NCBI RefSeq assembly: GCF_009914755.1
Contig: NC_060944.1
Reading direction: 5' to 3' (one strand)
Source: the human T2T-CHM13v2.0 reference genome, Homo sapiens
DNA: 64,000 bases
Position 1 is the stretch's first letter; every line of letters begins with the position of its first letter. The position numbers were made by a program, and so were the translations under genes. Shown in pieces: positions 11,041-22,830 of the stretch. Below the pieces are notes generated by a model. It was not told where the DNA came from and ran no database searches. It worked only from the letters and a program-made list of their open reading frames with translations.

Positions 11041-12776
11041 TATATTCTGTGTTCAAAAACAATTTTGAGCAAAACCAAACTTAGGGACACCTGTGTCCAC
11101 TACCACCCCTTCCCACCTGTAGTTCAGCACACTGGCGTCCTTACTTAACATGACATGATCCAGCCAAGGCTGGATGGTTGGGGCACTAGTGAGAAACAAA
11201 TCCATCTTCCACCCCCATTAGTATCTGTGCCCTCCCACTTGTAAACTCAGGATTTTGCTCACTATTAGAACTTAGAGGAGGTCCCAGACACCAGATGCTA
11301 TGACAGTACCACAGAAAAGCATCAAATAAATGGCTTAAATAAATTATCTGTCACTCAAGGAAATACTCTTACCATCTGCAGAGGTAAGAACTCCTGGTCT
11401 CACCTCTGCATGTCAAAAACTCCAAAGAGCTACAAGAAGAAAAGCTTGAAACTCATGTTCTCCCAATGTTCAGTCTTCTTCTCAACACAAGGCATATCAG
11501 ATTGGAAGCTGACCCCTGTGTCCTGACACCATGGATTCTATAAACTTGCTGAATGACTGATGGAGACTGATGCCATCTTCCTAAAAAATGAGCCATTGTG
11601 GTCCTTAGCAGTGGGCAATAAAAAGGAGAGCTATCTACTGCATTAATAAGTGAGCCAAGGCCCGATTTTGAGATATACTCTTTTCAAAAGCTTTCCCATG
11701 ATAATGAGGACATACCATGGTTATAAGACTGAGGAATGTTATTTGGTTTAATTCCTGATATTATTTGTGATTCAGCAATGGGGCTGGTCACACTGTATAT
11801 AGATTTCAGATTATTTGGCTTTCCACATTCAGCAGCACTAGGCTAGTCGGTACCCACATTCTGGCTTTTTATTAGGTTCTATCTCCCTGGGGGGTAGGGT
11901 ATATACAAAATCCATTTTGTCTCTTCTGCTATTTTGGAGACTGCTCTGAAAATGTTTTTCATGGTTTTGCATGACTCTTGGGATCACGATTTGCATCTTA
12001 AAAAAAGGAGTCATGGAAAATATTGCAAGATATGCATTTGGTGGAGAGAGAATGCTTTTCAGCTTGAAGCTATTTGGGGGTCTGATGATCTGATGATCTT
12101 TCTGTTGTTGGAGCTTTGAGCAGGCACATGCTGTAGAGATGCTCATGTGTCACTGGGGAGCTGGTTTCTGATGCGACTGGAACTTATAGATATTTGATAA
12201 GTCATCTTTTCCTTCTGATACTGCCGTCAATTCAGTGAATTGAATACATACAGAGTCTATGGTAGGAGAGCAAAAGATCAAAAGGCCCACTATGTTACCT
12301 CCCCACACTGTCTATTTTTTAGATATGTTGGGGCCAGACCAAATGATCAGCTGCAGAATACCAAACAGGATTGTTTGAACCAAGAAAATAAGAGTTTGGG
12401 GGCCATTTGTGATTTGCTTCACTGGAATACGTTTCTATGGGTCAAGATTGGCATCAAGAAGCTGGAAGACTAGTAAATTGTCATGGTGCTGTGGAAGTAA
12501 GAGGATGTGGCCTGACTACTTGCTGCTACAAGGAGATATATGAGGGTGAAACTCATGATAACTGTGGCCTTTAAATGGCAACATCTCTGTTAGTAAAGGG
12601 AATAGTTCTACTCACTCAGTTTATTTTCAAGGCCTTTGTAACTAGAGGCAGAATTAAAACTTAGGACTGAATTCTAGTGCTTTAAATATTTCAACAATCA
12701 CATTAAATCATATTTAATCATATTACCCAACTCTGTAAATAATAACACAAATTGTATTTAAAACACTGTAGGGCAG

Positions 12777-13224
12777 TGTATTAGCCTTCTCCAGAAAAAT
12801 AGAAGTGATAGGATACGCATAGATGTATAATAGGATATTTATTATGGGAATTGACTTACACAATTATGGAGGCTAAGAAGCATGCTGGAGAACTGGAAAA
12901 GTCAGTGGTATAATTCAGTCCAGGCCTGAAGACCTGAGAACCAGAAGCTCTGATTCCAAGGGCAGGAGAAGATAGATGTCCCAGCTCAAGAAGAGAGAGA
13001 GAGAGAGTTCACCTTCCTCCATCTTTTTGTTCTGTTCAGGCCCTCGATGGATTGGATGCTGTCCACCCACACTTGTGAGGGCAGATATTCTTTACTCAGT
13101 CCAGTGATTCAAATGCTAATCACTTCCAGAAACCTCCTCACAGACATACTCAGACACACTGTTTCACCAGATAGCTTGGCATTCCTTAGCCCAGTCAAGT
13201 TGACACATAGGATTCACCATCCCA
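12777..13224 (-). mobile_element. MLT2B-like ERVL solo LTR with 5-bp TSD
   Basis: TG...CA ends ('tgtattag...ttctccaga' to 'gcccagtcaagttgacacat...accatccca'); GGCAG duplicated at 12772-12776 and 13225-13229. Confidence 0.85.
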
Positions 13225-13402
13225 GGCAGGCATGGAGGTGTGCCACTTGGATCTCCCATCAGAAAGGAACTCGCTGTTAGGAGTGCTGATAGCAGGCAGA
13301 CCCCAGCTGTGGAGCTTTGGGGGTCTTCCATAGCAAATCACTGAAATCTCACATTTTTCAGGTGGCCCCTGGTCAAGGATGAAGCATGAAGGACCCATCT
13401 GA

Positions 13403-13727
<325 letters not shown>

Positions 13728-14794
13728 AGAATAAGGTAAAGCAATGTTTTTTCCACCTCTGGCTTGGTGCTTAATCTCCTATCACAGAGCTACCAGCTGA
13801 AAGGCCAGGAGAACTGCAGAGCAACTGGCAAAGCTGGCGAGCCATTGTTTGCTGCATCTGAGAGCCAGCAAGTAGACCTCTTTGCTGATTCGTTCTAACT
13901 CCCTAATCTCGAAAGCTACTAGGTTTCCCAAAGTTTATTTTGCGTTTAAAGTATTATGAGGATTATCTGTTGGGCTTTCCATAGTTGAATAACTAAAAAA
14001 CTATCAAATAATAATACTGCTAAATCAAATGGCCCAAGCTCCAAGTGGAACTCACATGAAAATATTTTTACCGTAAATTCTATTACAAAAGAGTTTCACC
14101 ATGGAAGGATTTATTAATCATGTGATGAGGTTTTTAGACCGCAAAAGTCAAGCATCACTTTTGAATATATTTTTGCTATCTTTAGAACTCAGTGACAAAA
14201 TCTGATGTCTGAGAAACCTAGCAGCCACCATGCCTGGCTCTAAGGAAGGGCATGCATGGTTAGTCCTTATGCTCCATCATGCAGCTGCTCTCTCGAAGGA
14301 AAAAATGAGACCTCAGGGTTTAAGAAAGCCCAACATCGAACACAGTGCATCAGCACCCATTACTTTGAATTATGAAACAGCCACCCCTGGAAATTCTAAG
14401 GCAATATATCTACATGTTTTGTTGAGTTGATCATCAAATCAACGAATAAGATTTCTGATGTGTTGGACTCTGTAGTTATCCAAATGTTGATTATTGTAAG
14501 GGGGTTGATTGTGTCTTGGTAGCCTTTTTAGCATCCAGGAAACCACACTGTCTGTTAAAATAGGTAGAAAAAAAAAGAGAGTTAGGTGTATATGATATAA
14601 TATTTATAAAAGTACAACATTTGCAAAGGCCTTGATCATATGAATCCTCACTTGTTCCAAGTGTATTGTTGGGAAAGTTATTTTGAACTGATGAACAGTT
14701 GTGGATGTTAAAATGTGGTTTTATTTCTAAAATTTGCATGTAATACCACAAACTAGTGGGTAAAATGTTTTTTTTTCAAAACTAGATGAAAATA

Positions 14795-14900
14795 AAAGCT
14801 CTGAAGTAAAAATTATGCCTCCTTCTAGCTGTGTGATCCTAGACAAGTTAATTAGTCTCTCTAAACCTCTCTTCACTCTTCTATAAAAATGGTGGCTCTG
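14795..14900 (+). mobile_element. MIR core fragment
   Basis: 'ctagctgtgtgatcctagacaagttaattagtctctctaaacctc...ctataaaaatgg'. Confidence 0.65.
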
Positions 14901-16439
14901 GTATTCTAGACATCATGGTGGTGATAATTGTATCATCATTATCACCAGCATTATAGTTATAAAAATATATTATGAAAGTTCAAAAATCACTTGAAGCCTT
15001 ATTTACCGTATGCTTTTATTAAATTTTTTTAAACTGCAAGTACAAGAAACTCTAACCCGGTCAAGTCATAATGGTTATCATAAATTCTGAATCCGTGGGA
15101 TTCATTTAATAAGTGAAGGAGCTACTTTGAGAACCTTTAAGATGATGGTTAAATTTATTTGAAGTATTTACTGTTGCTTTTGCTATATAATTGTGATTAA
15201 AGATATGTTTCTCAGATATTTCTGAAGTAAACACAGTTAGCTCCATCCAGTTAGCCCCCTGCACAAATCTCAAGTGCATTAATAAATCCACTAGTAAGTG
15301 ATTTTTTTAATTCTGAGAAAAAATGTTGAAGATCACATTGAAATAGAGCCAGATGGTCAGATATGACTTTTCACAGTAGGTGAATGCTCATAATTTACTT
15401 CATACTAAAACAACCACAAAAGCAGAAATCATGGTGAATGGCTTCCAAGAACATCAAATCCAAATAATCTCAGGGGTTTTATGTTCTGTCAAACATTTCA
15501 TCAAATGGCATGCGAAATATATCTTTCATGTCCTTTTCATTTTTAAAACGCCTATATTCTTTACATTAGAGGAAAGAACTTTTGATATGTGTTTTAAATT
15601 ACCACATATAATAACATTCTTCTCTAGAAATGTATTGTTTCCCTGCTTAATCCAATGCAAGAGTTTTTGTTTGTTTGTTTGTTTATATAAGCACAGCCTA
15701 TCCATTTAATTCTCTTTCAGATAAAACTTTTAAAATTCAAAGTCATTCTCTTCTACCTTAAATAAAACAAATAAATAGTTATGATTTCAAGCACACAGGA
15801 TATTTCTGCTCTTTTCTACTGGATGGAATGAAAAAAATGATGAATAGGTAATATATAGTAGTCAAGATGATAACTAATCTGATTTCAAAAAAGAAATGTG
15901 GGCTTGAGTAGTGAAAGAATTGGGAAATGTGTTATCTAAATATGTCATGGGATATATTGACTTTAATCTGTAACATATGCGAAGTTTAATCATTAAGCAA
16001 TGAATTCCTTTTCTGAGGTCCGTATGGTGAATATCAATGAATATAATATTTTTTGAACTGAATGAAATGCCCAAGCCCAATCTCTCAAGATTTAATTACC
16101 CACTTAAAAGTCCCTAGAGTTCTTGAAAGAAGCCCTGAGACCCATAGATCATAATCCTTGATGGAAGCTGTGCACTGGAAGGCAAGCAGAGGCAAGACCA
16201 GTACCTTCTAAACAGTACCTGCTTAGAATTTTAAAGTGGGTAACCATACATATGGAGACCTCACCCCCATCCCCACTTATTGGAGCCCTCTGTATAGACC
16301 ACAAACCCAAGGTTCCTTACCTTCTGGCAATAATAATAACTGCATAAGAGAATAACATGCACTTCCAATTACAGAATGTTTGCAATATCCTAGGCACCAT
16401 GTGAGATACTTAACATGAACTAGCTCTAATTTCCACATA

Positions 16440-17360
16440 ATTCAGTCAATTAATCATTTATTCATTCTTTTAATGAGTTTTTATTGCACATCTACTACAA
16501 GCCAGACCCTGGCCGAGTTTGTGGTGGTGAACAAGTCTCACAGAAATGATGCTGTGGCACAGTGAGGAGATGGCAGCAGACACATGCGGAAATCCACAGG
16601 GATCACGCAGTGAGGCTGGTGTCCCAGCAGAATGAGCTTTGTCATGTCACAGACAGAAGTGGAGGTCGGGGGTGGTGGCTGTGTTACACTGAAATGAGAG
16701 GAAAGACTTTTCAAAGGAAATGCCCTTGAAGCTGAGGCTGGAAGGACACGGAGGAGCTGCCCAGAGGGAACAGCCAGTGCTATTTCATGATGGGACAGAG
16801 CATGGCAGGTATGAGCAAGAGAAAGAGGCCAGTGTGGCTGGAGCGTAATGCAAGAAAGAGAGTGTGACAAGGTGCAGCTGAGCAGGTGGGAGGGGTGGCA
16901 TCAAACGGGGCCTAGGATTTACGATGTGACTTGCAGAACAATAGGAAGCACCAAAGATTGAAAGCCTAGTAGTGACATGAGTTTATGATGTTTAAGGATT
17001 CTTCCATCTGCAATTCAAGGTGGATTGGGGGGTCAGATGGGGCAATAGTGGGTGAGATTTTAATTAGGAAGCTCCTGTAACCCAGCCAATAAGGATGGCA
17101 GCATTAGCTATGGGATGACCATGGAGAGGGAAGACGATGAAAGATTTGAATGTTGAACTAACGTGACTGGTCAGTGAAGTCAACATTAGAGATGAGAGAA
17201 TAAAGGGTTTTGGCCTTAGCAACCTGGTCAGCAAAGAGACCATGAGTAAGATGGGAAAGGAATTTTATGGAGGAAGTTCAGGAGATTTATTTTTAGATAT
17301 GTTCATTTTGAAAATCATTTGGACAACCAGGCTGAGGTTTCAAGCAGGCAGATTAAATAC
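16440..17360 (-). mobile_element. L2 LINE fragment
   Basis: Antisense L2 3' end 'cattt attcattc...ttattgcacatctactacaagccagac' and body 'gaggccagtgtggctggagc'. Confidence 0.7.
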
Positions 17361-20300
17361 AGGTCTATGATTCCTTATTCACAATTCAAGAATCCATAAA
17401 TGTCCAAGAAGTGAAAATTATTTAAATACCTCTTTTGACAGCAAAATATAACCTGAAACAATATGAGGCTCTTGACAGTCATAGTTTAGCCCCCTGGGAA
17501 TGTCCATATGTTCACAGCAGAGTTTTTGATGTGTTTGATTGTGGGGTGATACCGCAGACCCCACTGAGGGTATAACACACACCAGGTGACTTCACTAAAA
17601 TCCCCACGGTGAAACACATTTGCCGCCCTTTTCCCTGCCCCTGGATTTTGCTAAGGATCTGGGGGGTTCTGTGGAAGTCTGAAGGTCAGTGGACAGGACG
17701 AGTTTGGAGATGCGCATTTGGAAACTGTACCCCTCAAGTGACAAGGAAATGAGCGTGGATTTAAGAAGATAATGACCGTTCTCTGAAGTTTTAATGGAAT
17801 TTTTAAGCAAGAAAACCCTTACCCTGTGAAAACTTCAGTCTGCACAGAAGAATTGGTGGGAGAAGGAAGACTTTGCCTAAGATCACTTTATATAGCACAA
17901 CCCAGACCGGGGAGAAGGCAGAGTTATGCCCAGCATATAGCCTTGGCAGCATATAGACTTGGCAGGAGAAAGCCTATCTGCAGATTCCATGATCCTGGGT
18001 TTATACTTCAGCCTAGCCCTTTGACCAAGGTTTTCAGGAACTGAGTTTTTTTGAAATATGGTTATTAATTTTGGCTTAGAAATCATTTTATTTTATTAAT
18101 GCTTTTTTATTTATTAAGACGGGCATAAATTTTTCCATGACACTCAGAGTATAAAAATGCCACAGTTTGCTATTTTTCAAAAAATGTCAAATTAAACACA
18201 GCTTGAGCTCCCACTCACCAGCCTAGGTAAGAAACCCAGGATCTGTAAATTTGGTGGAGACCTCCTCCTCCATCCTGTCCCCCAGTCCCAGAGCACCTAG
18301 CTCAGACCCCCACAGTTCCTTGGAGGGTGGCCAGGTCCTCTATTTTCACCTGTGGTGACCCATGCTGCTGAGGATGCTGCACCTCCATTGTCCATGTGCC
18401 CCTAGGGGGATGGGGTTTCACCACTCAGGCTACAGGGTTGGAGTCAGATCTGATCTTCTGCATACATGGAACATCCCTTCTATCCAGGGTCATTATCCCA
18501 GGGTGTTGTTCTCACTAGTCTTTGACCATTAAAGCCCCCAGTCTACCTCCACACTTCTTCCCTGGACAGTCCTTCAATTACTTGCAGGCGAGACAGGAGC
18601 TTATGCCCTTTCAGGTAAGTCCATAGCAGCAACATAAATACAAGACGCTAGCAAGTTCTTAAGTCATCCTCCCTCCTACAGACTAAAGAGAGCAGGCAAA
18701 CAACCAAACAAATAAAAAATCCTACAACGATCTTCTTCATTGATGTCCTCTCAAAGTACAAAAATATAAAATGCTTGGGATAATTAAGATGCAAAGAGAG
18801 GGAGAGAACAAAGTTTGAGAAAGGAAAATGTTATGGAGTAAGTATGATTTTTAGTTTGGTTTTACAACATTCCAGATGTTTTCCTATTTGCTCAAAGTGA
18901 TAGTATGCAGTCCTCAAAGTCTAATCTAATTTATGTCTCTAAACTGGCACCCAATGAGACATTTTGGGGAAAGATTGAAATAATTTGCTAAGTCAGACAC
19001 ACCATCGTAAGTGGCATTTTGTTTTTGAACAGAATGCTTTTTCTCCCCAGTAATTAAACTATTATGTATTAATTTACAACAATTTGAAAATACAGAAAAT
19101 GTTATAAAGGACAAAATTAATATTGCCCATGATTTTATTACAGAAATAACCATTTTGTATTTTCCTTCCGGTTTTTGTCTCTAAATGCTGGCTCCGTATC
19201 TATGTATTTACATTTTTTACATAGCTGAGGTATTAAAATATATTCTAGTTTGTGTTCTGCTTTTCTTTCAATATTTTCAGATTGTCGTGTTTCACTCTCA
19301 AGAAATATGCTTAATATTTCTGATTTCTTAACATAATGTGTTTGAAATTAAAGACTTGGGTCAAAGAACATGAACATTTTTATTTAATTTTTTTATTTAA
19401 ATTTTTTCATTGCAACTTTATTCTTATAAAATATATATTGTCTTTTAAAAATTTGGAAAATATAAAAACTGTGAAATGAATAAAATATAAATCATACATA
19501 TTCCTGTAACCTCAATACAATTATTGTCAGGCTGTGACATGTATAATCACCTATGATTTTGTACACACATATTTCTACTTCTCTTATTAATACTACTGAC
19601 TGTTATATTGTGAGTATTTTCCTATACCATTAAATATTCTTTGGAAACACGATCTTAATGGTCCTCTTCCTCTCATACATGAGAGGAAGGCATTTTCCCT
19701 TCATTGGCTCCATTTAGGCTGTTCTCCAACTTTTCCCTGTCTCAAACACCATTGCCACAAACATCCTCCAGGCTGAGTCTCTGAACTGCTCCTAACTTAA
19801 TTGCCCTCACTCCAAAAGTGAGGGCAGGTAAAGGGACTTCAGGCTGCCCTCAGCACGTTTGTGTCCCCTGAGCAGACTACAAAGCAGTGTTCTCTGGGTG
19901 GAGGGATCACAAAGACACCCCTCCTCTCACACGACCCATTAGAAAATGACCTCTTCTTTCTTTGGGCAGGCACAGCCTTGCCAAGCGTACAGCCAGGTGA
20001 GCAGAATGTGAGCGAGATTTGTGGGCCCACCTTCTTGGCCAAGTGATTTTGTTGCAGTACTTCAACCTTACATTGCTGTCATGCTGTGAGCTTTTACCCA
20101 GTCACTGAGCTAGTAAATGACACAGCTGGTTGGCACATCCAAATCTGGTTGACTCCTTTAACTACCTCAAACTGCTCCCCTGACCATGTCCAGAGGCTGG
20201 CAGGCTGGGTTTCTATCATTCTTTATATGCTATATTCACGGCATGACACCGATCATAGTACATTTATTTCTTGAAAAAAACAGTCACCGCAGGATTATCT

Positions 20301-20395
20301 AAACATTCTATTCAGCAATTGCATGTATTGTCTGGCTTTCTAATTTACCGAAAATTTGTGACTTACAAAGTCCAAAGTTATGGACTGTGATTTAA

Positions 20396-20441
<46 letters not shown>
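20396..20441. repeat. (AAT)n trinucleotide microsatellite, ~15 units
   Basis: Pure aataataat run. Confidence 0.97.
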
Positions 20442-20444
<3 letters not shown>

Positions 20445-21094
20445 CTGCGGTCTTTGGGATTCTCAGAAAAATGTCCCCTCAGCCAACTTAACTGAGCCAA
20501 ATGTTAAAAACAACAAACATTTGAACAAGGCTTTCACATTCTTAATATGTTAAAGTGAACAAACTAAGTCAATTACTTTAGGGATCACTGCTGTTTTTGA
20601 CATCCCACCAGGATGTTCTGGAATTTTATCCTAGCCTAGCTGTAGATTTCCTTTCAAAATTTGGAAAGCAGCTTTCTCCCAAAAGCAGACAGAGGATGGG
20701 ATAATGACAGTGAAGTGAGAATTGAAGAGTTAATAGTGTCCATGTTATGCTCTTTAAAGCAGACCTGTTCTGTTGTGTATTTTGGCACATGGTTTTTAGA
20801 CATATTTTAGTCAATCTTTGCAAAGTTGAAAGTTGATTCAGAGCCAGATGTTCAGAAATAGACAGAGAAGGCTATTGTAATTTTTCATCCCTCAGTTTTT
20901 GTACAGAAACTTCATTGTAAAAACCCTTCTAGACTGATGGCTGCCTCATTGAAAACTGGGTCAAAAATATGGCTCTGTTAGAAAATCTCTTGGATTACAA
21001 AACAATGCCTAAACAAAAACAAATAGAAATGGAAACCGCCCTACAGATGTGAGATTTGTGCCAAGTCAACTGTTTGTGCATTGTTTTTGCATTC

Positions 21095-21600
21095 TGCTTA
21101 ACTTTTTATGTTGAAATAATTTCAGAGCAAAGGAACGCTGGAAAAATAGTACAAAGAATGTCCACATATCTTCCTCTCATTCTTCCAAATGTTAAGATTT
21201 TCACTCATTTCCTTCCTTATTCTCCCTCCTCCCTCTCTCTCTAGTGTATATATATTTAACAATAAGGGTGTTACCTTAGATAACCATGGTACAATATCAA
21301 AATGAGGAAATGAATGTTAACACAATACAATTATTTAATCTACAGCTTGTTTTCTAATTTTCCTACTTCAACAAAGTTATCCAAGTTCTTATCACCAGTC
21401 CTGGGACAAATGGACCCCTTGAGCTCTGATGTGATGTCCCATGAGGGACATCACAAGGCTTCTGTGATGTTCCTGCCCAAAATGCATAAACCACATCTAC
21501 TCATGAGGAACCATTAGACAAACCCAGACTGAGACATGCGACAGATGATACATAACTGGAGAGTACTCTTCAAAAGGGTCAAGGTGGTGAATTAAAACAA
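21095..21600. mobile_element. L1MC-like 3' UTR fragments in opposite orientations
   Basis: 21095-21360 antisense ('ttttatgttgaaataatttcaga...aaaatagtacaaagaat'); 21390-21600 sense ('ttctgtgatgttcctgcccaaaatgcataa...atgaggaaccattagacaaaccc'). Confidence 0.6.
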
Positions 21601-21929
21601 ACAAGTAACATCCTTAACCAAAACAAAATAGAGAAACTTCCAAATAAACAGAGTCCTGGCAACTCTGTGAGTCTGAATTGTTTATGTGGATAAAGATTAA
21701 CTTCATGATTTAACATCATTAAGATGTTAGCATCCTTAATGGTAATGATTAATATCATTAACTCCGTGATTTAACATCATAAAGATTAACCAAGTGGTTT
21801 AACAACTGGATGGAGTCCCAGAAAATCAAGCCCTCACTAATTCTTAAGAAAAGTAACTGGCACTTCCACAAACACTTCCACACTACCCTGTCTGTGACAG
21901 TGCAGACAGCTTTGACTAGCAAGTCAACC

Positions 21930-22100
21930 GCCAGTCTAATGTAAACGCTTAGTCTGGTTGTTTGACCAATCTGGCCAAGTGGGTCCAGCCCACGTGCCTG
22001 ACACTTAGCCAGGATGCACTGCGCAGGCGTGGGGCAGGGGCGGCTCTGTCTGGGCTTCTGAGCTCCTCCCGCAGGATCCTGGGGCTGCACATGGCTGTAA
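21930..22100. promoter_or_regulatory. Candidate promoter/enhancer motif cluster
   Basis: TGTAAAC at 21940, gaCCAATc at 21966, CACGTG at 21991, NRF1-like TGCGCAGGCGT at 22020, GGGGCGG at 22037; locally retained CpGs in a CpG-poor window. Confidence 0.5.
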
Positions 22101-22481
22101 TTAGAAATGAGAAATCCGAGCAAAAGCATCCATGGGCCACACCAGAGAACAGGAAGCAGCGTTCCTCCTTTTCCACATCATAGCACACTGAAAATGATTG
22201 CATATGTACAATACAGCATCCAGGACATTCAGGGACATTTATATAACACTTGGTGAGATGTTCATGACAAGTTCTTTATATTATGTAATTATGATAAGAA
22301 AAATAAAATTTGATCCTTTTAGAAAAATATTAAATACAGGATTTATATAAATCTTCCACGTGAAATATGTTTCAGGTCTTTTTCTTTTGCGCTCTCCCTT
22401 TTTAATAAGAATCTTGAACTTGCCCCTGTACCTCTAGCTGTCAGGTTTTTTGTGTGCTATGGTTTCACGGAATTCCGTATA

Positions 22482-22830
22482 AAAGGCAGACCCAGGTTTC
22501 GTGGGTCTAAATCTTACATGATTTGGAGGAGAGGGGAGACTGTAAGTAAGAGAATAGAAGATTGCAAATATAAAATCAGATACAAATATTTATTTAGAAT
22601 GAGAAAAGAAGTCATAGTTAGTTACTGGAGGCTTGGTGATATAGTTCTCTTTCCTCTGTAGTATCTTTAGGTTATTATCAAAAATGCTTATGTAGAAAGC
22701 TTTCTGTTTAAAATCCAGCTTCTTCTCCCAACCTAGAATGCAACTCCCAGCAACTCTGCCAGCACTCACACAGCTGTTGAAAGAGGCATCTTAGACCTTA
22801 AATTTGGTTAGCGCCACAATAATTCCACTG
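22482..22830 (+). mobile_element. MER53/MamRep38-like hAT DNA transposon relic
   Basis: 5' 'ggcagacccaggtttcgtgggtctaaatcttac' and internal 'aatatttatttagaatgagaaaagaa' resemble this family from memory. Confidence 0.5.

Noticed and set aside
17358-17640. Tigger-like DNA transposon interrupting the L2
   Set aside because: Resemblance from memory only; terminal inverted repeats could not be confirmed
16310-17850. Minus-strand donor motifs at ~16320 and ~17822 with 17-19 nt would-be exons
   Set aside because: Very short, not frame-preserving and next to repeats; consistent with chance matches
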